Origin: an uncultured Bacteroidia bacterium
GTDB lineage: Bacteria; Bacteroidota; Bacteroidia; Bacteroidales; UBA932
Direction of reading: 5' to 3'
DNA length: 64,000 nt
Assembly: GCA_902789395.1 (NCBI GenBank)
Contig: CADANY010000014.1
Span: 11,364-75,363, forward strand
Under the pieces are notes generated by a model. That model did no database searches, was not told the origin of the DNA, and saw nothing but the letters and a program-made list of their open reading frames with translations. Made by a program: the position numbers and the translations under genes. The first letter of the stretch is position 1, and each line of letters starts with the position of its first letter. This document shows positions 8,738 to 17,927 of this stretch, one piece after another.

Positions 8738-9772
8738 TCAACAAGTAGCCAGCAGCTCTTCCAGTCGGGAGAGCTGCTCTTTTGTCGTAGCCCAACTGGT
8801 AACGAACCGGACGACCGAGCGCCCGTCGGGAAGTTGATCCCAAATTTCGAAAAGGACCTCTTTTCTAAGTGATTCGATCTGATTCGGCGTGAGGATGACA
8901 AACTGCTGGTTCGTAGGCGAATCAATGTAAAACTCGATCCCGGCTTTGTGGAAAATGGACTTCAGTTCCTGTGCCATATCGATGGCATGTCGGCTGATCC
9001 GGAAATAGAGACCGTCGGTGAACAAGGTGTCGAACTGGATGCCGAGAAGACGCCCCTTCGCCAGCAGGGCACCGTGCTGCTTGATTGTGGTGAAAAAATG
9101 AGCGGGTGCATTGCCTCCCGGGAACACGACGGCCTCGCCGCAGAGTGCGCCGACCTTCGTTCCGCCGATATAGAAAACGTCACAAAGGGAAGCGAGTTCA
9201 TGCAGGTCGAGGTCCGATTCCCTGCTCATAAGCCCGTATCCGAGCCGGGCACCGTCGATGAAAAGGCTGAGACCGTATTGAAGACAGACTTCCCGGATGC
9301 GGGTCAGTTCTTCCTGGGAATAGAGTGTCCCGTATTCCGTAGGGAAGGAGATGTATACCATGCCCGGGAATACCATGTGGGAATAGGCTTCGTCGGCGTA
9401 GAACCGCTCCAGATAGGCTTTCAACTCTTCCGCAAGGATCTTCCCCTGATGGGACGGGATTGTCAGCACTTTGTGTCCGGTAAACTCGACGGCCCCGGCT
9501 TCATGGACCTCGATATGGCCGGTTTCGGCCGCGATGACACCTTCGTATCCTTTCAGCATGGCGGAGATAACGGTCGAGTTGGTCTGGGTCCCTCCGACGA
9601 GGAAAAATACATCGGCATCCGGGCATCCGACTGCTTCCCGTATCCTGGCCTTTGCGCTTTCGCAGAACCGGTCTTCTCCGTAACCAGGTTCCTGGTCAAG
9701 GTTGGTCTCGGCGAGCCGGTGGAGGATTTCCGGGCAGGCGCCGACGTTGTAATCGCAAGTGAAAGAGATCAT
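8738..9772 (-). CDS. ltaE: Low-specificity L-threonine aldolase family
   Basis: Motifs SFTCDYN, YGED, GGTQTN, HEAGA, DGARLG, GGTKVG and RFVTSWAT. Confidence 0.88.
   Translation of the reverse strand: MISFTCDYNVGACPEILHRLAETNLDQEPGYGEDRFCESAKARIREAVGCPDADVFFLVGGTQTNSTVISAMLKGYEGVIAAETGHIEVHEAGAVEFTGHKVLTIPSHQGKILAEELKAYLERFYADEAYSHMVFPGMVYISFPTEYGTLYSQEELTRIREVCLQYGLSLFIDGARLGYGLMSRESDLDLHELASLCDVFYIGGTKVGALCGEAVVFPGGNAPAHFFTTIKQHGALLAKGRLLGIQFDTLFTDGLYFRISRHAIDMAQELKSIFHKAGIEFYIDSPTNQQFVILTPNQIESLRKEVLFEIWDQLPDGRSVVRFVTSWATTKEQLSRLEELLATC
8751..8784 (+). terminator. Intrinsic terminator candidate for hsp20, inside the antisense ltaE 3' end
   Basis: 12-bp stem agcagctcttcc/gggagagctgct (one G-U pair), loop agtc, followed by ctttt. 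Confidence 0.55.
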
Positions 9773-9842
9773 TTTCTGTTCGTTTAATATTCGCGCAAAG
9801 ATAGAAAAATCCGATGGAAATGATTAACTTCGCAGCCTGATT

Positions 9843-10616
9843 ATGAAGAAAATGATTCTTTTTTCCGCCCTTGCGGCGACATTGCTTTCGGGATGCGTGT
9901 TCCAGCAACCGCTCCCGGCTCCGGAAGGACTTGAGATTCCCTCTTATAGCGAGAACCAGAATATCCTCTCCTATCAGGGGCATACCGTGTCTTACAATAC
10001 TTCTACCCTGATCCCGGACTGGGTTGCGTATGAACTGACGGATGAAGAGACCCATGGAGAGGCTACCCGGTTTGACAAGAATTTCTCCATGGACCCCTCG
10101 TTCCGGAAGAAACAGGCCATGCGGGAGGACTACCGCGGATCGTCATGGACCCGGGGCCATATGGCGCCGGCCGCGGATTTTGCCTGGGATGATGACGCCA
10201 TGGCCGAGACCTTCTATTTTACCAATATCTGTCCCCAGCGGGAGGAACTCAACAACAAAGACTGGCAATACCTCGAGAAACAGGTCCGTTACTGGGCCCG
10301 GGAACACGGGAAAGTCTGGGTTGTTTCCGGTCCGATCGTCGGGGAAAACCGCTATGGACGGATCGGAGACAGGGGAGTCATCGTGCCAGACGCCTTTTTC
10401 AAGGCGCTTATGTACGAAAAAGGAGGAAAGTATCATGCGATCGCTTTCGTGATGGGAAATGACGCCCAGCGTTATTATCTCCAGGATTGCTATCTGACTA
10501 TCAACGAATTGGAAAATATCACCGGGATCGATTTCTTCCCCTCTCTCGATGATGCGGTCGAAGAGGAAGTGGAGGGGCTTGCCCGTCTTTCCGACTGGGG
10601 ATTGAGAAAACGGTAA
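9843..10616 (+). CDS. DNA/RNA non-specific endonuclease, lipoprotein
   Basis: Lipobox LLSGC; active-site motif TRGHMAP; NICPQ; WQYLE. Confidence 0.92.
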   Translation: MKKMILFSALAATLLSGCVFQQPLPAPEGLEIPSYSENQNILSYQGHTVSYNTSTLIPDWVAYELTDEETHGEATRFDKNFSMDPSFRKKQAMREDYRGSSWTRGHMAPAADFAWDDDAMAETFYFTNICPQREELNNKDWQYLEKQVRYWAREHGKVWVVSGPIVGENRYGRIGDRGVIVPDAFFKALMYEKGGKYHAIAFVMGNDAQRYYLQDCYLTINELENITGIDFFPSLDDAVEEEVEGLARLSDWGLRKR

Positions 10617-10661
10617 AAAAGTATTATTTTTGCGCCGCTATATAATTATACACTATCAGAT

Positions 10662-10934
10662 ATGGAATTGAAAAACGCTGTCGCCGGGACCCTCGAGTCC
10701 GGTGATATCATGATCCAGATTTCCTCAGGGAGGGGACTGGAAATCGACCTCCAGAGCTCTGTCGCCGCCCAGTTCGGCTCTCAGATCAAGGCCGTCATTA
10801 CCGAGACGCTCAAGGGGCTCGGAATCGAAGATGCCGCCGTCAAGGCCGTGGACAAGGGAGCCCTTGATTGCACTATCCGCGCACGTGTAACTGCCGCCGC
10901 CGTCCGGGCGACGGGAAAAGATGTCTGGAAATAA
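10662..10934 (+). CDS. citD: Citrate lyase acyl carrier protein (gamma subunit)
   Basis: Motifs AGTLESGD (prosthetic-group Ser) and DKGALDCTIRARV. Confidence 0.95.
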   Translation: MELKNAVAGTLESGDIMIQISSGRGLEIDLQSSVAAQFGSQIKAVITETLKGLGIEDAAVKAVDKGALDCTIRARVTAAAVRATGKDVWK

Positions 10935-11824
10935 TGGAAAGATTACGCAGAACGATGATGTTCGTTCCGGGAAATAATCCCGGAATGATGGCCGATGCCC
11001 ACATCTACGGTCCGGATTCGATCATGCTCGATCTCGAAGACTCCGTGACCATGGCCGAAAAGGATGCCGCCCGGCTCCTGGTATATAATGCACTGAAATC
11101 CATTGATTACGGGACTACTGAAATGGTCGTCCGGATCAATCCGCTCAATACCCCTTACGGGAGAAAGGACGTCGAGGCCGTTGTCAAGGCGGGAGTCGAC
11201 GTTATCCGCATGCCGAAGACGGAGACAGCGGACGAAGTCCGTGAACTCGAGGCGGAAATTCTCAAGGTTGAGACGGAGATCGGCCGGGTAGGGGAAACAC
11301 GTATCATGGCGGCCATAGAGAGTGCACTCGGAATCCGGAACGCTTTCGAAATCGCATCCGCCTCTACAAGAATGATGGGTATTGCCCTTGGTGCCGAAGA
11401 CTACACGGCCAATCTGAAGACCCAGCGGACGCCGGGCGGAGCGGAACTGCTCCTGGCCCGTGAGACGATTGTCGTCGCCGCCCGCGCTGCAGGCATAGCC
11501 TGCTTCGATACGGTCTATTCGAACCTGGATGACATGGAGACCTTCCGCAAGGAGGTCGAACTGATCAAGACGCTTGGTTTCGACGGCAAGTCGATTATTA
11601 ACCCGCGCCAGATCGAGGTCGTCAATGAGGTATTCGCCCCTTCGCAGAAAGATATTGAAAAGGCGCTCCGTATTACGGCAGCTATCAAGGAGGCCCAGCA
11701 GCGGGGATCAGGCGTTATCGCAGTCAATGGCAAGATGGTTGACCGTCCGGTCGTGATCCGTGCTGAACGTACGATCGCGCTCGCCATCGCATCCGGTATT
11801 TTAAGCAAGGAGGAAGCATTATGA
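10934..11824 (+). CDS. citE: Citrate lyase beta subunit (citryl-ACP lyase)
   Basis: Motifs RRTMMFVPG, DLEDSV, VRINP, PKTE and FDGKSIINPRQI. The ATG overlaps the citD stop (TAATG). Confidence 0.95.
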   Translation: MERLRRTMMFVPGNNPGMMADAHIYGPDSIMLDLEDSVTMAEKDAARLLVYNALKSIDYGTTEMVVRINPLNTPYGRKDVEAVVKAGVDVIRMPKTETADEVRELEAEILKVETEIGRVGETRIMAAIESALGIRNAFEIASASTRMMGIALGAEDYTANLKTQRTPGGAELLLARETIVVAARAAGIACFDTVYSNLDDMETFRKEVELIKTLGFDGKSIINPRQIEVVNEVFAPSQKDIEKALRITAAIKEAQQRGSGVIAVNGKMVDRPVVIRAERTIALAIASGILSKEEAL

Positions 11825-13242
11825 GAAATACGAAAGTCGTTACCCTCGAAGAGGCCATCCGCCGCAGCGGACTCAAGGATGGCATGACCATCTCTTTCCA
11901 CCACCATTTCCGCGGTGGGGACAAGGTCGTCAATCTCGTCGTTGACAAACTGGCCGAAATGGGTTTCAAAGACCTGCACCTGGCCGCTTCCAGCCTCTCG
12001 GATGTCCATGCCCCGCTGATCGGACATATCCGTAACGGAGTTATCACGCAGATTTCCACTTCCGGTCTCCGGGGAGAACTCGCTAATGAGATTTCCCACG
12101 GCCTGATGGAAGAACCAGTCGTTTTCCGCTCCCATGGCGGGCGCGGCAGTGCGATCGCTTCAGGCGAACTCCATATCGACGTGGCCTTCCTGGGAGCATC
12201 GTCCTGTGATGCGCTCGGAAATGCTTCGGGCTGCCCTCGTTCGGAAAATGCGAAATCTATCTGCGGATCCCTCGGCTACGCCCTGCCGGATGCCCAGTAT
12301 GCCGACCATGTCGTCGTGATTACCGACGATCTGGTAGCTTATCCTAACGTTCCGAAGTCTATCTCTGCCTGCCAGGTTGAGTCGGTCGTCGTCGTTGACT
12401 CCGTCGGCGACAGCTCCAAGATTTCGTCCGGCGCGATCCGGGATTCCAAGAATCCCCGTGATATCCTCCTTGCCAAACAGGCAGCGAAGGTGATTATCAA
12501 CAGCGGTTATTTTGTAGACGGTTTCTCAATCCAGACCGGAACCGGCGGTGCATCGCTGGCTGCTGTCAAGTATATCCGCGAGAGCATGATAGAAAAAGGG
12601 ATCAAAGCTTCCTTCGCTCTCGGCGGCATTACCGCCCACATGGTCAAACTCCACGAAGAAGGCCTGATCGGCCGTCTCATCGATGTCCAGTCCTTTGACA
12701 AGGTCGCTGCCGAGTCGATTGCCTCCGACCAGTTCCATCAGGAAGTCTCCGCCGTTGAATATGCGAGCGCCGATCATGAAGGATCTGCCGTCCATGCCCT
12801 TGATATCGTCATCCTTTCCGCTCTTGAGGTTGATGTTGATTTCAATGTCAATGTCCTTGTCGGATCGGACGGAATCATCCGCGGAGCCATCGGCGGCCAC
12901 CCAGATACAGCCGAGGACAGCGCTCTTTCGATCATTGTATGCCCGCTCCTCCGGGGACGGATCCCGTGCGTCGTTCCGAAAGTGACGACCCTGATCACCC
13001 CGGGCGCCGGCGTGGACGTCGTCGTAACGGAGTACGGTATCGCGGTCAACCCGCGACGTCCCGAGATCGCAGAACGCCTGAAAGAAGCCGGATTGCCTGT
13101 TGTCGATATCCATGACCTGGCAGCCAAGGCAACCTCGATCATCGGTGTTCCGGACGCCCTTCCTTTCGGAGAGAAAGTGGTCGGTATCGTCATGGACCGT
13201 CACGGGAAGGTCCTGGATAAGATCCATAATATAGTGGATTAA
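11821..13242 (+). CDS. citF: Citrate lyase alpha subunit (citrate CoA-transferase)
   Basis: Motifs GMTISFHHHFRGGD, RSHGGR, QTGTGG, GAIGGHPDT and TEYGIAVNP. Confidence 0.95.
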   Translation: MRNTKVVTLEEAIRRSGLKDGMTISFHHHFRGGDKVVNLVVDKLAEMGFKDLHLAASSLSDVHAPLIGHIRNGVITQISTSGLRGELANEISHGLMEEPVVFRSHGGRGSAIASGELHIDVAFLGASSCDALGNASGCPRSENAKSICGSLGYALPDAQYADHVVVITDDLVAYPNVPKSISACQVESVVVVDSVGDSSKISSGAIRDSKNPRDILLAKQAAKVIINSGYFVDGFSIQTGTGGASLAAVKYIRESMIEKGIKASFALGGITAHMVKLHEEGLIGRLIDVQSFDKVAAESIASDQFHQEVSAVEYASADHEGSAVHALDIVILSALEVDVDFNVNVLVGSDGIIRGAIGGHPDTAEDSALSIIVCPLLRGRIPCVVPKVTTLITPGAGVDVVVTEYGIAVNPRRPEIAERLKEAGLPVVDIHDLAAKATSIIGVPDALPFGEKVVGIVMDRHGKVLDKIHNIVD

Positions 13243-13763
13243 TGGCGGTTACGCTGGAACAATTGCTGCAAAGCAGGGAAGAGAGACATCTGCACCAGAT
13301 GTCTCTCTTGCAATTGTATCCTGGGAGTACGCTGGTCTGTATGACCGTAATCATGCCCGGTCCCGTCAAGCGGGATTCCCGTTCCCTGACAGTGGCCGCA
13401 TCGGGTGAGAATGAAATGGAAAAAGCCTTTGAAGGACAGATCCGCTGGCATGAATCCCGGGACCTGGAGACCGGTTATGAGGCTTATTTCGTGACGGACG
13501 TTCCCCGTGACGAGGCCAAGCGGATCTGCTGCTGCATCGAGGATACGGCTCCGCTCGGCCGTCTTTTTGACCTCGACGTCATCGGTGAAGACGGGGCTCC
13601 TCTCAGCAGATCTGCCTATGGGGTATCTCCCCGCCGCTGTCTTCTCTGTGATCATGAAGCCCGCTACTGCATGCGCAATCATACGCATACATTGGAAGAA
13701 CTTCTGACAAAAATCGATGGAATGGTCACGAGTTTCAAAAAAGCGGATTACAAATCGAAATAA
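13242..13763 (+). CDS. citX: Apo-citrate lyase phosphoribosyl-dephospho-CoA transferase
   Basis: Motifs LLQSREER, PGPVK, TGYEA, GRLFDLDV and RRCLLC. Confidence 0.92.
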   Translation: MAVTLEQLLQSREERHLHQMSLLQLYPGSTLVCMTVIMPGPVKRDSRSLTVAASGENEMEKAFEGQIRWHESRDLETGYEAYFVTDVPRDEAKRICCCIEDTAPLGRLFDLDVIGEDGAPLSRSAYGVSPRRCLLCDHEARYCMRNHTHTLEELLTKIDGMVTSFKKADYKSK

Positions 13764-13789
13764 TTATTGCTTTATCAATAAAGATTGAT

Positions 13790-13797
13790 TACTTTTG
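13790..13797 (+). promoter_or_regulatory. Bacteroidota housekeeping -7 promoter box upstream of citC-citG
   Basis: TACTTTTG matches TAnnTTTG, about 50 bp before the ATG. Confidence 0.6.
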
Positions 13798-13847
13798 CGC
13801 ATCATATCAAGCTCTGACGTGACCGGGAGTATTGGGAAGTCGGCAAG

Positions 13848-15641
13848 ATGATGAAAACATACGGAAGATTTGAAATAGCGGAGATGCCGATGGGCTCTCC
13901 CCGTTTCCGCAACAAGGTGGAAGCATTTCTGAAAGCCAATGGACTGCGTCTCGATCCGTTGGATTTTTATCTTGCCGTAACAGATCCAGAAGGAAATATC
14001 GTCGCCGGTGCCGGCCTTTACGGAGATATCATCAAATGTGTCGCCGTCTCCGATGACGTCCGTGAAGAGGGCCTTGCGGGAACGTTAGTCTCAGAACTGG
14101 TTGCATCAGCTGCTTCCCAGGGGCTGTCAAACCTTAAAGTCTTTACAAAACCATCGAATCGCCAAGTCTTCGAATCTCTCGGTTTCCGGCAGATCGGAGA
14201 GGCTCCTGAAGCGATCCTGATGGAAAACGGCCATGGGCTGGCTGCCTATTGCGAGTATCTCCATAGCCTTCGTCGTCCCGGGAAAGCAGGCGTTATCGTC
14301 ATGCATGCCAATCCTTTCACGGTCGGGCATCTCTATCTGATCTCAGAAGCCTCGCGGAAAGTCGATTACCTTTATGTCATTCCGGTCCGGGAAGAAGGAA
14401 CGGATTTCAGTTATGAATCCCGGCGGACCATGATTGAATCGGCCCCGCTTCCCGGCAACGTGGCGCTCGTCCAGGGCAGCGGCTATACGGTCTCCGCAGC
14501 GACCTTCCCGACTTATTTCCTGAAAAATTTGGACGATGCCGCCCTGACCCAGATGCGGCTGGACCTTGATATCTTTTCCCGCCATCTTGCCCCGGCTCTT
14601 GGAGCGACAGTGCGCTTTGTCGGCTCGGAACCGGACGATCCGCTGACGGCGGCTTATAACCGGATGATGGAGGCCCTGCTTCCGGAAAGGGGAATCGACG
14701 TTTCCGTCATCGGGCGTCTTTGCGCCGAAGAAGGCCCCGTAAGTGCTTCTGCCGTGCGGTCTGCCCTTCGGGAAGGCTCATTTCGGCGGGCAGCAGAACG
14801 GGTCCCAGCGTCCGGATGGATGTATCTGACGGCTTTCCTGATGGAACGGTCGCTTCTTGCCGAGCTCGAAACGCCCCATAAACCAGGCCTTGTCGGTCCA
14901 GGGTCCCGAGGAAGCCACGAGGATATGGACATGGAACTCATGAGAAGGAGTATCCGGACCCTGCGGGAATCTTTCGAGCGTCATTTCGACCTTTCCGATC
15001 CTGTTTCGACAGGGAAAGCGGTCGAAGCTGACGTCCTTTCGGCTACGGGCGGAATCAATACCCACCGCGGTGCCATTTTCAGCCAGATTCTCGCGGCAAC
15101 CGCCTTCCTGCAACTTCTCGGCGGTTCGCAAGCATCTGATTCTCAGCTCCTTCTTGATTATTCTCTGGTAGAAATAAACCGGCGGAAAATCAATAACTTC
15201 TTGGCAGATAGGGATTTGGCCTCCACCCTCAAACAACGGATTGCAGAGCTGGCAGAAAGGGTGCAGCCCTCGTCGGATTCGCACGGCGGCCGTCTCGTTG
15301 CAAAGTATGGGGTAAAGGGGGCACTTGCGATAGCCCGGGAAGGATACGGGGTGCTTTTCCGGGAATGGCTTCCCCTCTACCGTTCTCTCGGTGGAGATCC
15401 TTACCGGAACCAGAAAACGCTGTTGAGAATCATGTCGGAACTGGACGATACCTGTATCCTGCACCGGGCCGGTCCAGAGAGGGCCCGGAACGTCAAGGAA
15501 GAGGCGGCCGAACTCCTGCTCCATTTCGATCCGGACAGGCTGAAAGAGATGGATGTGCGGTATTCCCGCGAGGGAATCTCTCCCGGCGGGGCCGCCGATA
15601 TGCTGGCTTTGACGATATTCATTGATTCGATGACTAGATAA
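13848..15641 (+). CDS. citC-citG: Fused [citrate lyase] ligase CitC plus triphosphoribosyl-dephospho-CoA synthase CitG
   Basis: N-terminal half has IIKCVAV, GVIVMHANPFTVGH, FPTYF, RFVGSEP and VSASAVR (CitC). C-terminal half has ELETPHKPGLV, GSHEDMD, GGINTHRGAIF and ISPGGAADMLAL (CitG). One continuous ORF. Confidence 0.88.
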   Translation: MMKTYGRFEIAEMPMGSPRFRNKVEAFLKANGLRLDPLDFYLAVTDPEGNIVAGAGLYGDIIKCVAVSDDVREEGLAGTLVSELVASAASQGLSNLKVFTKPSNRQVFESLGFRQIGEAPEAILMENGHGLAAYCEYLHSLRRPGKAGVIVMHANPFTVGHLYLISEASRKVDYLYVIPVREEGTDFSYESRRTMIESAPLPGNVALVQGSGYTVSAATFPTYFLKNLDDAALTQMRLDLDIFSRHLAPALGATVRFVGSEPDDPLTAAYNRMMEALLPERGIDVSVIGRLCAEEGPVSASAVRSALREGSFRRAAERVPASGWMYLTAFLMERSLLAELETPHKPGLVGPGSRGSHEDMDMELMRRSIRTLRESFERHFDLSDPVSTGKAVEADVLSATGGINTHRGAIFSQILAATAFLQLLGGSQASDSQLLLDYSLVEINRRKINNFLADRDLASTLKQRIAELAERVQPSSDSHGGRLVAKYGVKGALAIAREGYGVLFREWLPLYRSLGGDPYRNQKTLLRIMSELDDTCILHRAGPERARNVKEEAAELLLHFDPDRLKEMDVRYSREGISPGGAADMLALTIFIDSMTR

Positions 15642-15680
15642 TGCACTTATCATATAATTAACATTAAATCCAAAACTATT

Positions 15681-17921
15681 ATGGTTGAATTGATTCCTCA
15701 CGGAGTGTACCTTCTCGACGGACAGAAAATCGTGTCCGATCCTTCCGGGATGCCGGAAGCTGACGAAGCCCGTGAACAAACGATCACTTACGGAATTCTC
15801 CGCGCCCATGATGTCGATGGCGGCAAGGGTAAGAAACTGCGCATCCGTTTCGATGCCATGGTTTCTCATGACATTACCTATGTCGGCATCATCCAGACGG
15901 CCCGCGCCAGCGGTCTCGAGGAGTTCCCGATCCCGTATGCCATGACCAACTGCCACAACTCACTTTGTGCGGTAGGCGGAACGATCAACGAGGACGACCA
16001 TGTCTTCGGTCTTTCTGCGGCAAAGAAATACGGCGGTATCTATGTTCCTGCAAACCAGGCGGTTATCCACCAGTATGCCAGGGAAGCCCTGACTGCATGC
16101 GGAAATATGATTCTCGGCTCGGACAGCCATACGCGCTATGGCTCCCTCGGTAATATGGGTGTCGGCGAAGGCGGCGGTGAGCTGGTCAAGCAGCTCCTGA
16201 AAAATACCTGGGATATCAATGCTCCCGAGGTCGTCCTTGTCTGGCTGGAAGGGAAACCCCGTCACGGCATCGGTCCGCATGACGTGGCCATCTCCCTTGT
16301 CAAGGCCGTCTTCGAAAGCGGTTTCGTCAAGAACAAAGTCCTTGAGTTCGCAGGTCCTGGCGTTGCCGAACTGCCGATCGACTTCCGTAACGGCATCGAT
16401 GTCATGACGACCGAGACGACCTGTCTGAGTTCCATCTGGATCACCGATGACAAGGTCAAGGAATACTTCGAGATGCACCGTCGCCCCGAGGCTTACCGGA
16501 CCCTCGCTCCGGGCAAGGTCGCATGGTATGACAGCATGATCCGGATCGATCTCTCTACCCAGGAAAGCATGATCGCCCTTCCGTTCCATCCGTCCAATGC
16601 CGTAACGATCCATGAGCTCCAGGCGGATCCGGAAGGTGTCCTCAAGGCTGTTGAAGAAGATACGAAGAAACGTTTCGGCGACCGGGTCCAGGTCGATCTC
16701 CTTTCTAAGATCAAAGACGGAAAGGTCGTCGCAGACCAGGGTATCATTGCGGGCTGCTCCGGCGGTACCTATGACAACCTCTCCGAGGCCGCGACGATTC
16801 TCAAAGGCAAGTCCATCGGCAACGATTACTTCACGATGAGCGCTTACCCGCAGTCGACCCCTGTTTACCTTGCTACGACCCGCGGCCATATCGCCGAGGA
16901 GCTTCTCGAAGCGGGCGTTGTCATTAAGCCTGCCTTCTGCGGCCCTTGCTTCGGCGCCGGCGACGTCCCGTCCAACAACGGTTTCTCCATCCGGCATACG
17001 ACCCGTAACTTCCCGAACCGGGAAGGCTCAAAGCCCGGTCAGGGGCAGATTTCTCTCGTTTCCCTGATGGATGCCCGCTCGATTGCCGCAACGGCTGCTA
17101 ACGGCGGTGTCATCACGGCCGCGACTGACATCGAATACGAAGATACGCATAAGCCTTACACCTTCGATGACCGGATCTACAAGAACCGGATCTTCAATGG
17201 ATTCGGAAAGGCAGACCCGACTGTCGAACTTCGTTACGGACCGAATATCAAGGACTGGCCGAAGATGTATCCGATGGAGGAGAATATGCTGGTCGAGCTG
17301 GCCGCTGTCATCCATGACCCCGTCACGACGACGGATGAGCTCATACCTTCCGGAGAGACTTCTTCCTATCGTTCCAACCCGCTCAAGCTCAGTGAGTTCG
17401 CTCTGAGCCGCCGCGTCCCTGAGTACGTCGGTATTTCGAAGCGGATCCAGAAAGAGGATCTCGAGCGCCGCGCAGGGAATGTCCCTGAGCATGTTGCCGC
17501 CGCCCTGAAGGCCGTCGGTGCGTCTGCTGCCGATACTTCCTTCGGTTCCTGCGTCTTTGCCAATAAGCCCGGAGACGGATCCGCCCGCGAACAGGCTGCT
17601 TCCTGTCAGAAGGTGCTCGGCGGTGATGCGAATATCTGCTACGAGTATGCGACCAAGCGTTACCGCTCCAATTGTATCAACTGGGGAATCGTTCCCTTCA
17701 CGATCGCTCCCGAAACGGCGTTCGACTATGAGCCGGGTGACTTTGTTTTCGTCCCGGGAATCCGGAAGGCCATCCTCGGCGGTGCCGAAGAGATCGATGC
17801 CTGCGTTATCACCAAGGGAGACGTGAAACCGATCCACCTCTATTTCCAGAACCTGACCGCCGCCGAGCGTGAAATCCTCGCGGACGGCTGCCTTATGAAC
17901 TATTATAAAAATCGTAAATAA
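15681..17921 (+). CDS. acn: Aconitate hydratase (Bacteroides-type hydratase)
   Basis: Motifs HDITY, TNCHNSLC, GSDSHT, AGCSGG, CGPCFG, TTRNFPNREG and GDGSAREQA. Confidence 0.92.
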   Translation: MVELIPHGVYLLDGQKIVSDPSGMPEADEAREQTITYGILRAHDVDGGKGKKLRIRFDAMVSHDITYVGIIQTARASGLEEFPIPYAMTNCHNSLCAVGGTINEDDHVFGLSAAKKYGGIYVPANQAVIHQYAREALTACGNMILGSDSHTRYGSLGNMGVGEGGGELVKQLLKNTWDINAPEVVLVWLEGKPRHGIGPHDVAISLVKAVFESGFVKNKVLEFAGPGVAELPIDFRNGIDVMTTETTCLSSIWITDDKVKEYFEMHRRPEAYRTLAPGKVAWYDSMIRIDLSTQESMIALPFHPSNAVTIHELQADPEGVLKAVEEDTKKRFGDRVQVDLLSKIKDGKVVADQGIIAGCSGGTYDNLSEAATILKGKSIGNDYFTMSAYPQSTPVYLATTRGHIAEELLEAGVVIKPAFCGPCFGAGDVPSNNGFSIRHTTRNFPNREGSKPGQGQISLVSLMDARSIAATAANGGVITAATDIEYEDTHKPYTFDDRIYKNRIFNGFGKADPTVELRYGPNIKDWPKMYPMEENMLVELAAVIHDPVTTTDELIPSGETSSYRSNPLKLSEFALSRRVPEYVGISKRIQKEDLERRAGNVPEHVAAALKAVGASAADTSFGSCVFANKPGDGSAREQAASCQKVLGGDANICYEYATKRYRSNCINWGIVPFTIAPETAFDYEPGDFVFVPGIRKAILGGAEEIDACVITKGDVKPIHLYFQNLTAAEREILADGCLMNYYKNRK

Positions 17922-17927
17922 ACCATC

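Noticed and set aside
13798-13847. Possible riboswitch in the citC leader (gaccgggag…gggaagtcgg)
   Set aside because: Too short, and no match to a riboswitch consensus I can support.
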